This document shows positions 9,108 through 18,900 of a stretch of DNA of 63,563 nt, one piece after another. Every line of letters begins with the position of its first letter. The first letter of the stretch is position 1. The DNA is taken from positions 1 to 63,563 of IMG/VR virus record IMGVR_UViG_3300046012_000215; one strand, written 5' to 3'. Position numbers and translations under genes: made by a program. This DNA comes from a virus. Taxonomy: Duplodnaviria; Caudoviricetes. Under the pieces are notes generated by a model, which had not been told where the DNA came from, made no database searches, and saw only the letters and a program-made list of their open reading frames with translations.

Positions 9108-10087
9108 TGACAGGTTATACGACGAGAATGTTTAATTCAGACAGAATTCAAAGAGATTATGTTACGTTCTCTTATGTTCTTGTTGAGATGTTAAAAGAAA
9201 TGGGGCACGTAGTCGATCACCGAAGAATTAATATCGGAGAAGAAATCGGTTATTGTTATGACTACGCTTTTTGTGGAGTGGCTCCTTTAAGCTCTATTAC
9301 CTCAGGCAGAGTTCCTGAAACTCATTATGTCATGGATCAAATGCCTGGTCGTCATGCTGTATATGCTGATGATTGGAGTTTTTGTGGATTTGGAAATTCT
9401 GTTAGATATTCTTTAGAGAAGTGGGAAGGCTACTTAAAGTATAAGAATTTTCCATACGACCCAAAGGCTTTAGAAGTTACCAAAAAATCTTTACAGCGTA
9501 TGATGAATCTTCCTGATGCTCCAGTTTTAGCCCCGATGTTCCCATGGGGAAAGCATAGTATGTTGATGGAAAATAACTATGAGGCTACTCTATGGACGAT
9601 AGACCCGAGCCCATGGGTAAAGTTTCCTGACATTCAAGTTCCAGAAGTGTCTAACAAGAAAATTCAATGGGTGATGGCTGCTTTGTCTGATCACACACCT
9701 TGGATAAGAAAGCAAAAATTTAGTCTCCCCATTACTTATGTTGGAAATGCTCGAATGCATTCTGGTGTAGTTCTCAAGGAAGACGCTGTGGTTCAGCTCT
9801 TTGCTGATAGCTATGGAGCACTGTCAGTAGGGTATCCTTCTGCAGGCTCCGGGTGGTGGAGAACACGTTATCTTAATGCCGCTTGGGGTGAGACTTTAAT
9901 CTACTGCGATTCTAAAGATCAAATTACTATGGGAGCTTCATACCAAGGAACTGCAGAGTATTTTGAGAATCTCTCAAGTCAATCTGAATATGCTAGCGCT
10001 GTTCAAAGTCAAATTTCTTGGTTGAACAATAGCATCGGCACTAAAGAAACCGCAATAAATAAACTGAAGAGGTTAATCAAAGAATGA
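9095..10087 (+). CDS. GT-B glycosyltransferase, T4 beta-glucosyltransferase-like (putative DNA GT)
   Basis: MRILVTG...LKEMGHVVD N-terminus, YADDW, C-terminal YVGN...GWWRTRY...LIYCD; located in the nucleotide-modification operon. Confidence 0.65.
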   Translation: MRILVTGYTTRMFNSDRIQRDYVTFSYVLVEMLKEMGHVVDHRRINIGEEIGYCYDYAFCGVAPLSSITSGRVPETHYVMDQMPGRHAVYADDWSFCGFGNSVRYSLEKWEGYLKYKNFPYDPKALEVTKKSLQRMMNLPDAPVLAPMFPWGKHSMLMENNYEATLWTIDPSPWVKFPDIQVPEVSNKKIQWVMAALSDHTPWIRKQKFSLPITYVGNARMHSGVVLKEDAVVQLFADSYGALSVGYPSAGSGWWRTRYLNAAWGETLIYCDSKDQITMGASYQGTAEYFENLSSQSEYASAVQSQISWLNNSIGTKETAINKLKRLIKE

Positions 10088-10212
10088 CTTTAGAATCTGA
10101 TCCTCCACACAAAGCACCTAAACCAAATTTAGATGTGGTCAGAACTCAACTATTAAAGATAACAGCTTATTTAAAAGAAAAAGTCTGGAATAAGGAAAAG
10201 AAGGATGAATGA
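10084..10212 (+). CDS. Small hypothetical protein (42 aa, not in the track)
   Basis: ATG overlaps the upstream stop, RBS AAGAGG, fills the gap to 10205. Confidence 0.5.
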   Translation: MTLESDPPHKAPKPNLDVVRTQLLKITAYLKEKVWNKEKKDE

Positions 10213-10717
10213 AGCAGCTTATGTCTCTACGATTTCTTCAAAGATTGAAGAAGAATTAGGTGGTAAAATCTTTAAGTTAGCTGATCGAGCTACATTAGGT
10301 TTACCAGACTCATTTCATATCTTCAAAGGGCTCACTACTTTCTTAGAGTTTAAGATCAGTACTTTTTATGCCACTAAGCCAACACATCAACAGGTGTATC
10401 CTTGGAGAACAATAAAAAAAGATCTTAGGCAATTTGAAGTCTGTAGGCAGATGTCAAAACATACTCTAGTCTTATACATGATCTATTACTTCGAGATCAA
10501 GTATACTGCTGTTTTGAGTATTAATGAGATTCTAGCTCTTAAACCTGCTGATGAATATGCTCCAATTCCTTGGACTGCCGAAAAAAGTTCTGTTCGTTTT
10601 GGACACGGTATTCCTCAACTAAAAGAAAAATTAGAGTCTTATAGAAAGGGACTTTATGTCAGAGAATCAGCAGGGCCAGACTATATCCCCGGAGAAAGCC
10701 GTTCTCGAGTTTCATAA
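10205..10717 (+). CDS. PD-(D/E)XK nuclease (resolvase/VRR-NUC-like)
   Basis: MNEA...GLPDS...FLEFK...Q motif. Confidence 0.7.
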   Translation: MNEAAYVSTISSKIEEELGGKIFKLADRATLGLPDSFHIFKGLTTFLEFKISTFYATKPTHQQVYPWRTIKKDLRQFEVCRQMSKHTLVLYMIYYFEIKYTAVLSINEILALKPADEYAPIPWTAEKSSVRFGHGIPQLKEKLESYRKGLYVRESAGPDYIPGESRSRVS

Positions 10718-11099
10718 GAAGTATGGTCACTTTATCAGGGAAAGAGCTGGTATTCCAAATCAAGCCATCAAAGACCTTAGATTGAGATTAATCCTAGAAG
10801 AATGTAATGAGATGGTAACCGCCCTCATTAGAGATGATGTCACTGAAATTGCAGATGGAGGAGCTGATTTAGTGTATGTTGTCGTAGGAACTTTAATATC
10901 ATATGGAATTCCATTTGACAGAATCTTCCAAGAAGTTCATCGATCCAACATGACTAAGACCAATTCTAAAGCAGTTGAAGGTGAGAAGTATGGTACGAAG
11001 ACTCCTAAAGGAACGGACTACATTCCTCCGGATATTAAAGGAATTCTAAACTTACCTATAGAGTCGACAGCACTGGAAGAACTCTATAACATTACATAA
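10656..11099 (+). CDS. MazG-like / PRA-PH family dNTP pyrophosphohydrolase
   Basis: LILEECNEM...EIADGGADLVYV...EVHRSNMTK...KG.DY.PP. Confidence 0.88.
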   Translation: MSENQQGQTISPEKAVLEFHKKYGHFIRERAGIPNQAIKDLRLRLILEECNEMVTALIRDDVTEIADGGADLVYVVVGTLISYGIPFDRIFQEVHRSNMTKTNSKAVEGEKYGTKTPKGTDYIPPDIKGILNLPIESTALEELYNIT

Positions 11100-11104
11100 A
11101 CAAC

Positions 11105-11149
11105 AAAAGCCCGTAGCCTACCAGGTTCGATAGGCTACGGGTGTCGTTT
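11105..11149. terminator. Terminator hairpin between the convergent transcription units
   Basis: GCCCGTAGCCTA/TAGGCTACGGGT 12-bp stem preceded by AAAA. Confidence 0.75.
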
Positions 11150-11179
11150 GAGTGAGTATTTAAGTGAATCAGGTCAATC

Positions 11180-11234
11180 CAAGGAGTGTGTGCGTAATGT
11201 TTAATGAGTTATTATATAGCCACCGGGTCGCACA
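11180..11234. repeat. Dyad element copy 1: CAAGG-N4-TGTGCG-N34-CGCACA
   Basis: Same layout and spacing at 28824 and 62582. Confidence 0.8.
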
Positions 11235-11244
11235 AGATTAAAAC

Positions 11245-11625
11245 TTATGCTTGAGCCGAGGTAAGTGGAGCATTTACTGTGAAAAGGCCTGCATTGAATC
11301 CAGCTTGAGCAGTCATGTAACCTTCTAAACCAGCCTGAGCAGCCACCAAGTACTCATTGACCTTCGTGAGTACAGCTGGATCAACACCAGTCTGATTTTT
11401 CAAAATACTCAGTCCGCCGATCAAAGCCCCATATCCTGCTTGAATGTCAGTGGCTATAGGCGCCTTTCCTCGTATAGCTGACAATAGAGGGTTTACTGAA
11501 GCCTCAACTCCAGAAGCAATTGCTGCTGAATTAGCGGGAATTACACCACTAGCTCCAAGAACATTTAAAGCTATGTTTCCACCAAGTTCAGCTAGAGAGG
11601 CGATCTCTGACCAGTTAATCTGCAT
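11245..11625 (-). CDS. Hypothetical protein, last gene of the lysis cassette
   Basis: Ala/Gly-rich amphipathic ORF translationally coupled to the lipoprotein gene. Confidence 0.7.
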   Translation of the reverse strand: MQINWSEIASLAELGGNIALNVLGASGVIPANSAAIASGVEASVNPLLSAIRGKAPIATDIQAGYGALIGGLSILKNQTGVDPAVLTKVNEYLVAAQAGLEGYMTAQAGFNAGLFTVNAPLTSAQA

Positions 11626-11990
11626 TATTTGCCTCCTAATAGATTCTGAACGTTAGTCTGAGCTGAGGTTACATTCGCTATGGCAGTCTGAGCAGAAGCC
11701 TGCGTACCGGTTCCATTATGATAAGCTAAGTAAACAGGATTCGCGACAGTTAGAGAACTTTGAAGAGCATTCAAAGCGGTAACTTCAATAGCAGTAGGAG
11801 AAAATAAACCTGCTTTCTGATTAGTTTGAAGCTTATTATAGAAAGCATTCGCAGAAGCTAAAGTCTCTCCAAGTTGCTGATCAATTGAGTTTTGATAACC
11901 AGGAGCCAGGGGCACGGGCGGTGCTGTAACCGTCTTACAACCACTGGCAAATACTAAAATTAAGAGAAGTAGGCCTTTAGTGAACTTCAT
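11625..11990 (-). CDS. Lipoprotein, possible spanin component
   Basis: MKFTK + hydrophobic core + lipobox ASGC; downstream of endolysin and holin. Confidence 0.65.
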   Translation of the reverse strand: MKFTKGLLLLILVFASGCKTVTAPPVPLAPGYQNSIDQQLGETLASANAFYNKLQTNQKAGLFSPTAIEVTALNALQSSLTVANPVYLAYHNGTGTQASAQTAIANVTSAQTNVQNLLGGK

Positions 11991-12345
11991 TTGTAGGGGT
12001 CTCCTTAATTACTTCAGGTTGAGGGCTTAAAGGCGGTTTAGTGGATTGGTCTTTAACTTCAGATTTAAACTTATTTTGAAGCATATTAGAGCCTACGCCA
12101 ATAATGGTACCAGCAACTGTAGAGTCTAGATTAAATTTCTTAGACACGCAGAGCATAGCGCAGCCAATTAGTAAGACCAATATAGCTGTAGGTTGTTCTT
12201 CTAACCTATTTAATCCTTCTATAAAGGAGTTAAAATCTGCTTTAGTTCTTAAGACTATCAAAAGAGCGATTACTGACCAAATGTAACCCAGAAGAACGAA
12301 AGGGTGAATAGTCACCCCTCCTCCTATAGTTTGTAAGCTATTCAC
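11977..12345 (-). CDS. Putative holin
   Basis: 2-3 hydrophobic segments, charged C-terminus, adjacent to the endolysin. Confidence 0.6.
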   Translation of the reverse strand: MNSLQTIGGGVTIHPFVLLGYIWSVIALLIVLRTKADFNSFIEGLNRLEEQPTAILVLLIGCAMLCVSKKFNLDSTVAGTIIGVGSNMLQNKFKSEVKDQSTKPPLSPQPEVIKETPTNEVH

Positions 12346-12848
12346 ACGTCCTCCGAGCTGAGGTACTTACCACGTAAAATTGAAAATCGGTCCAATAGAG
12401 TTTCAAGGGAATGACCACCGGCCTGAGCAAAATTATTACCTGGGAAGCTAGCCCAAATATTAGAGCAAGATTCTACAGCTCCTTGAAAGTCCCCAGAATC
12501 AACTTTAATCAATCCACCTTTTTCTTCAATTTGCTTTAAAGTTACAGCATCTTGAGAAGATGGTGAAAAATCAGGTAGATTAAGAGAGATTCTATAGATC
12601 GCCCAGTATCTGTAAAGCAATTGATATCTACCAGAAGCCGTAGAGAACAAGTTCGGAGCTTTAACTAATTTAGCTCGTCTATGGGCAAAAGGATGATCTG
12701 AAAAATTACTAAAGATTTCAGCGCCCTCAGGACCATTGATTATGACATCATAACCATCACATTTAGTGATTGATGATCGGCTTGTTCCTTCACTCCACGC
12801 TATAAGGTCTAAGAATGATTTCCTATTTAATGCGCTGCCAATTAGCAT
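12342..12848 (-). CDS. Endolysin, lambda R-type lytic transglycosylase
   Basis: FLDLIAWSEGT, FSDHP, STASGRYQ, FSP.SQD, IWASFPG. Confidence 0.92.
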   Translation of the reverse strand: MLIGSALNRKSFLDLIAWSEGTSRSSITKCDGYDVIINGPEGAEIFSNFSDHPFAHRRAKLVKAPNLFSTASGRYQLLYRYWAIYRISLNLPDFSPSSQDAVTLKQIEEKGGLIKVDSGDFQGAVESCSNIWASFPGNNFAQAGGHSLETLLDRFSILRGKYLSSEDV

Positions 12849-13314
12849 AAATCCACTTTATCGCTCCCGTACTAAAGATAGTTCCGCCTAACCACTTAGC
12901 CCACTTAAATAGTTTAGACCATTTTTTGTTAGATTCATTCTGAGATATTTGTTTACCTTCATTTTTACCTAAAATTCTATTTACTTTACCAATTAGGTCA
13001 ATGGCTAGAGATTCAAATCTAGCTGTGCTACTATGAAGGTCTCCAATTCTACCTAGCATGGCTTCACTGGCTACAGCGGCTTTACCAGCATCTAGTCGAG
13101 CCTCACTACAAGTAGAATCTATTCTTTGAAGTCGAATCCGATCTTCAGAATGCTCTCTTTCAATTTTAGCGATTCTAGTATCAACTATACCTAAAATTGT
13201 CATAGTGATCGTAGCTTCCATAGATTTACATTCTTTCTCAATTTGAGTTTTAAGAGCAGGAAGCAAATCATTCTCAACAAGCCTCTTTATGTGTTCAATA
13301 TCTCTTTGATCCAT
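12823..13314 (-). CDS. Coiled-coil protein with C-terminal membrane segment (lysis-associated)
   Basis: Helical body, basic patch, then WLGGTIFSTGAIKWIY; precedes the endolysin. Confidence 0.55.
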   Translation of the reverse strand: MDQRDIEHIKRLVENDLLPALKTQIEKECKSMEATITMTILGIVDTRIAKIEREHSEDRIRLQRIDSTCSEARLDAGKAAVASEAMLGRIGDLHSSTARFESLAIDLIGKVNRILGKNEGKQISQNESNKKWSKLFKWAKWLGGTIFSTGAIKWIYANWQRIK

Positions 13315-13349
13315 GCTTCCTACTTTTGGCTCTACTTACTATTTTCTTA

Positions 13350-15269
13350 TTACTTAATTATTATGCTGACACTTATATCACCAGTTAGCACTGAACCTCC
13401 ATCAGGTGATGGAGTACCTGCCGGTTCCACCGCCCCGATACTGGGCGGGTTAGGCCGCGTCACACCGTAGTAGTCCGCCGTCCATCCCCCCGTCGCCAAT
13501 CCTGCCGCAATCGCAGGCGACGCTCCCAGGCAAGATTCCGCTTCAACCACGCACGGATACGACCCTCCGCTCACAAGGGCGTCCAAGGCGGATTCCGGGG
13601 GCCAGGAACCTTGCACAGGCTCTCCGGTAAGGAATGGGTCGGTAGTGATAATGGTGGGGCCCGGTGTAGACCCGTTGCGAATCCCATACTCGACGTTATG
13701 ACCAGAGACGACATGAATACTGGAATCTGTGTGGTAAAACAGGCCAGGAGCTTCGCTGACGGGCGCGGTGTACCCAAGCATAACCATGTTTTGAAACATC
13801 AGCGATGCCGTGTCGCAGTTGTTGGCAACAATGCAACTTAGGTCGAAGATCGTTGCTCCGGTGACGAACATCGTGATGCTGTTGAACAGCGTTGTCGAAC
13901 CGGAGTTGGTCGAGTAGGGGAACTGGTCTCCCGCCGCGCGGCAGAAGTTCGACAGATAGCTCCCTCCCAGGCCCGTGCCAACATTGAAGCTCTGCGCCGC
14001 GCCGGGAAGCAACGCGGACATACGCGAACAGTTGCCGCCGATGAGAAGATTCTGGAAGAGATTGTTCGAACCTGCGTCGGTGCTGAACTTTACCTGCGCC
14101 CCCATGTTTCCGTAAGAAAGCAGATTGGTAACGGTCAAATTGTGGACCAGTGCTTCGGGGCCTAGACCGCAGTCTTTGGAGTTGTATTCACACAATCCAT
14201 GGTCCCAACTGAATGCCGCCCACTGCGTTACGAAAGTGTGGCCCTGCCCGCTCCATGTGTCTCCGAACCCATTCGATGCCGAGTCGTAGCACGCACGCGC
14301 GGGCCACTGCGAGTGCGTGATGGGATATTCCTCGTAGCACCCCTGCCCCACAAAGTCGACGTAACTGGCCGTCATCGTCGCTCCCGTACCGTTGGGACCG
14401 GAGTTGCCGTCGTCGAAATTCCAACCCGCCTGCGCGTTGAATGCGAAGAGCACGCGCGTTGCGACTGTTCCCACGCCTATTGGCCCTATGATCCCAGAGC
14501 CGGAGCATCCGTCGATGTAGACATCCTGCAACGTTAGATTAGTCGTGGTTGCGGAAGTCGTGAGGCAATTGTCCGCATAGTCGTCGAGCGGTTGATTGTT
14601 GGCGCATCCGACAGGATAGGAGGGAGACCCGTTGCGAGTGCAGTTGCCGCTCCATGCCGAACCGTTCCAATGCTGGTTATGCGTAGTGAGTTCGATCCCC
14701 TTGATTGTGCAGCCATGGCAGCCTGAAAGCACCAATCCGGATTGCAAACTGAATCCCATGAATATCTGGGTCAGATTCGACGTGTAGGGCCACACTTTTG
14801 CAGGATTACAGGAATAGACCCCTGCCGCGCACGCACCCAGAATGGTCGTGTTGTCTGGGATTTGCGGGTTGGAGCATCCATAGGAACCAACCGCGTAACA
14901 AGGGGCCGGGTCGCCGAATGCGCTGCTGGTGGGGTTGATCCATCCCATGCGGCAAGGCCCCGTCACGGCATTGGTGCCTAACGGCGCACAGCCGAATATC
15001 TCCACAGTGTCCCCCGGAGCGCTGACCCACCCCAGCGAGGGTGCACCCAGTCCGGAGAAATCGTCCCACATGAACTGCAACTGGGAAAATGCGCAGGGCT
15101 GATTGGTGCCGGAACCGGGATCGGGGGCGTTGGCTTGTCCATTACAATGTCCTGCGGGGACATTGGCCGAATAGCGCGTCCCGCCATCTGCGCGGACAAA
15201 CCAGGTCGAAGCGCACGCGGGCAGCGCACACAGCAGCAGCGCGAGGGGGAGGAGGCATCTTATTTGCAT
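13350..15269 (-). CDS. Secreted Cys-rich beta-helix (pectin-lyase-like) protein with choice-of-anchor-Q-like C-terminus
   Basis: Signal peptide ending ACA|S; TWFVRADGG start; beta-helix-like rungs; SPAIAAG...DYYG.TRP.PPSIGAVE. Confidence 0.7.
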   Translation of the reverse strand: MQIRCLLPLALLLCALPACASTWFVRADGGTRYSANVPAGHCNGQANAPDPGSGTNQPCAFSQLQFMWDDFSGLGAPSLGWVSAPGDTVEIFGCAPLGTNAVTGPCRMGWINPTSSAFGDPAPCYAVGSYGCSNPQIPDNTTILGACAAGVYSCNPAKVWPYTSNLTQIFMGFSLQSGLVLSGCHGCTIKGIELTTHNQHWNGSAWSGNCTRNGSPSYPVGCANNQPLDDYADNCLTTSATTTNLTLQDVYIDGCSGSGIIGPIGVGTVATRVLFAFNAQAGWNFDDGNSGPNGTGATMTASYVDFVGQGCYEEYPITHSQWPARACYDSASNGFGDTWSGQGHTFVTQWAAFSWDHGLCEYNSKDCGLGPEALVHNLTVTNLLSYGNMGAQVKFSTDAGSNNLFQNLLIGGNCSRMSALLPGAAQSFNVGTGLGGSYLSNFCRAAGDQFPYSTNSGSTTLFNSITMFVTGATIFDLSCIVANNCDTASLMFQNMVMLGYTAPVSEAPGLFYHTDSSIHVVSGHNVEYGIRNGSTPGPTIITTDPFLTGEPVQGSWPPESALDALVSGGSYPCVVEAESCLGASPAIAAGLATGGWTADYYGVTRPNPPSIGAVEPAGTPSPDGGSVLTGDISVSIIIK

Positions 15270-15937
15270 GATACCACCACCTTTGAAATTATAGCGTTGA
15301 ATGAGCTGGTTATTGCAGCAGATAGCGTGCTGGCTGGAGAGCCTGGAGTATAAGTGACAGGAAAATTAGGCACCGTGACACTACATGTTAATGTCTGAGT
15401 CGCAGGCACCGGAGGCACCACCACAACCACCAGCAGCGCAGGCACCGTCACCGGCTTGCCATTCACCGTCACCACCTGCACGGAGGCCGTCTCCAGCACG
15501 TCCAGCTCCTTCACCGTGCCCGCGATGGGGTCAGGGCCGAAGCCTGTCGGTTGGGTAGCGTTGCTTACGAAAATCGACCACGGTGGAGCGCCGGGAGCAA
15601 TCGCGATGTCCACTTGGTTCCAGCAGCCTCCCGACTTCGCGCACGGCGTTCCGCTCACCACTGCCGCCCCTTGCGCCGCGCCGTAGCGCACCGTCGCACC
15701 CACGGAGAACGTCACCGTGTCGCCTTCGTTGGCTACCTTGACCCAGGTCTGCGCGGGAGTCGCATCCTGCAGCATCACGCCAACTGTTGAGCTGATATTG
15801 GCCGCTTCAGTTAGTGAGGCCATTTCGCGTACCCCATCTGGAGTCTTCCAGAATGGATCGCTCAAGGGGGGAAATGGGAAGCTCTGCGCGTGCAGGGGGA
15901 TGGCGAAGAGGAGCGGGAGGAGGAATCGAAGTTTCAT
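15260..15937 (-). CDS. Secreted protein, possibly lectin-like (start corrected to 15937)
   Basis: MKLRFLLPLLFAIPLHA|Q with RBS AAGGAAAGG; VRYGA...FGPDPIAGTVKEL resembles lectin-type DP..G..K motif. Confidence 0.6.
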   Translation of the reverse strand: MKLRFLLPLLFAIPLHAQSFPFPPLSDPFWKTPDGVREMASLTEAANISSTVGVMLQDATPAQTWVKVANEGDTVTFSVGATVRYGAAQGAAVVSGTPCAKSGGCWNQVDIAIAPGAPPWSIFVSNATQPTGFGPDPIAGTVKELDVLETASVQVVTVNGKPVTVPALLVVVVVPPVPATQTLTCSVTVPNFPVTYTPGSPASTLSAAITSSFNAIISKVVVSCK

Positions 15938-15950
15938 AAATACCCTTTCC

Positions 15951-18900
15951 TTACGGAGTGCAGGTGTAATCAATATCCACACTGAGGCCCAACGCTGACG
16001 TGAGTGATGTGATATTCATTCCGGTGGCTGTTGCGATTGAGTGATATCCAATGCTCGCTCCGGTTGCGTTGTTGAGTACGCTGGCCGAGCAGACGTAGGC
16101 CGTAGTGGTAGTTGGCCACACGAGCGCGAGCAGGGTGCCAGTTGTAAACGTCCCACCAGCGACGGTGTAGTTTCCACGCAAGTTGGTGCAGGTGGCAGAT
16201 GCACATGTTACTGTGCCTGTGCCTGATCCGCCTGTCGCAGAACTAATAGCGTCGCCAGCGGCTATATTTGCTACTGGGATAGTCGCACTGTAAGTCACCG
16301 CGCCAGTGTTGTTGGCGTAGGCATATCCTGTATGGCCATCGAGGAATAGCCCACCAGTGGATAGTTCAAACCCAAAAGGGACATTCGTTCCAATCGCGCA
16401 ACCAAAGCACATGCCTCCACCGTGGCTATTATCGGCAGTGTCAACAAGCAAGTAACCAGCTGCATTCTCTCCATGCATCCACACCTGACCGCCGCCGCCG
16501 TTGGCTCCGCCGCCATAGTTGTATGAAGGCATAAGAAACTGCGCGCTGCCTGTCAGTGGAATCACACCTGGGTAAGCACCAATGATGGTGATGCCATTTC
16601 CGTTGCTTAGTCCTCCTGAAAAATTAGGAGCGCGAATTTCCTGGGTAGAATTCACGATACCAGCGAGAGTTATCCCGCTGTCCAGCGGAGAGTCACCCGT
16701 AGCATTTCCGGGCGTGATCACTGGGATGTATCCAACTGTGCCGCTCACGCAGCCTGTGCACCCTCCACGAGCGACATTCAGCCCATCGTTGAGCGTCACT
16801 GGCGTGAAATTGTTGGTCGAAACTTGACTGCCCTCAAGCGCAATTCCGCCCACAGTGGCCTGAATCGTCATCTCTTGGGTATCGTGGCAATAGGCGATGC
16901 TGGAAGTCTGATCCCGCTGCTCCCAGAGACTGAAGCAGTGCTGCGTAGTCCCGGCAATCTCTCCCTGGGTTCTCAGCAGATACCCTGTCCCGCCCACCTC
17001 GCCCACCGGATCGTACTCCATGTCGAACAGCCCGGCGTATGGCCCCGCGCCGGGGTTGGAAGTCCCAATCCCGGCGAAGATTGGAGTGATGTACGTTCCG
17101 CCCGCGCCTTGATAGGACTGCGTGGCAGGCAGGTAGTTGAAGGTGTTTTGATACTTATTGGTAGTATTTACGATCGGGACGCCTAGCCAGCCGTTGCCTA
17201 TAAGCTGTTGGTCTATACCCTGGGTAGCCGCGTACGGGTCTTCATTGCGCGTGTAGTTGACTATTCCTTCCCAAATCTGTGAAGCCAGGTTGGGATTCCA
17301 CAAATTGTCGCTGGAAGTCCAGGCTACATTGTTGTCTTCCACGCCGACCGTCACTCCATCATCGGAGACATATGTAACGTCCGCGCCCTGATATAGGTCC
17401 CCCGGCCCGGTCACGATCCCGTTTCTGATGAGGTTAGGAACCATGTACCCCATCAAAACCCTGGTGGTAGACAAGGAGCAGACCACGTTATGCATGTAGT
17501 GATACCCGCCAACGTCGAACGTCGTCTGGTCGTAGTAGTACCCCGCGAAACCTCCAGAGCAGAACTGCTCATTGGGAAGATGGCTGAACCGGAAGCTGGC
17601 TGTGATCTGCTGCGTGCCGGAGCTGGAAGTCCCGCTGTATGTCCCTACCGAGGTGGGCTTCACCGACTCGAATAAAATGCCTTGGCCGAAATAAAGAACG
17701 TCGCTGGTCGTCAGTCCCGTCCCGCAATTTGCCGTGCAGTTGATGGTGAAGGTGCGCGAGGTAGGTGCATTGGTGCGGTTGTCGGGGATCAGCCCAATGT
17801 CGATTTCAAGCGGGACGTTGCCTTCAAAGGACGCAGCGCTGGACGCGCACCCTCCGCCGGAAAGATCGACTGTCGCCAGTCCTCCGCTCGACGATACGAA
17901 CGTGCCCGTGCATCCGCTGATTTTCGTGGCAAGATCGAGCAGGGGGGCGCGCGGGCCTGCTCCGTGATTGTTGTTGACTGCAAGCGAGGTCACCCCGGTC
18001 CCGCCAGTAGTTACCGTGCCCGACCACATCGGGGCTTCAAAACTTTGATTGTAAATGCCATAGGAGCCTTGGTCCGATGCCGCAATCGCGGCAGGCTTTA
18101 CAGCAGTACCAATGTTGATAAGTTGCTTGTCGCCAGAGCCGAAGAATCCCCCGCCAATCGCAATGACTTGATGAATGCCCTGGTTATATGAATCACTGTC
18201 ATATTTCTCTATGAACGATCCAGTCCATCCGGCCAGTCCACCTACCTGATAAGCCACATCAGTCAAAGTTCCAGGAGATGTTGCCAGCGTGCAGGAGGTA
18301 GTCGATGCGCACGAAGTAATCTGGTAGATCAGATTCTGGCCGCCCGTGGTGAGCGTCATGCTGATGGTGTTCCAGCAAGTCAGTGTGCCGCATGGGCTGG
18401 TAAAGGTTGTGCCGTCTGCCCAAGTAACAGTCGTGCCGCTTACGTTGACATGCCCCGAAGCGATGTTCCCAATCTCCAGACCAGGAATACTTGGGTTCCC
18501 AATGTCGTAGCCTGGAAACCAGTCGCTGAAGTTCATGTGCTCGCAGCCGTGACCTTCATCACTGTTACCCACGTCGCCGGGAATACCGTTGTCTCCGCAA
18601 TAGATTTGTTTGGCCGTACGGGTAACATCGCCGGGAATGTTGCCTGCCTCGGCTCCGAAGTTCCAATAAACCTGAACATTGTTTCCGCCGCCAAGCGCCT
18701 GAAGCGATGTGCGGTCCGGCATGGCGACGGCGATCACACTCTCAGTCCCCGTATAGGTCGGTGGGACCAGCACCGCGCTGGCTCCAGCCGTAAAAGCGTT
18801 CACGATGCCGTTGCTGCCGCCGCCAGTCTGATACCCTTGCGGGTCGTAAATGCCATTCACGATGTTCGAGGCGACTGACGGTGCTGCCGTCGTGCTGCCG

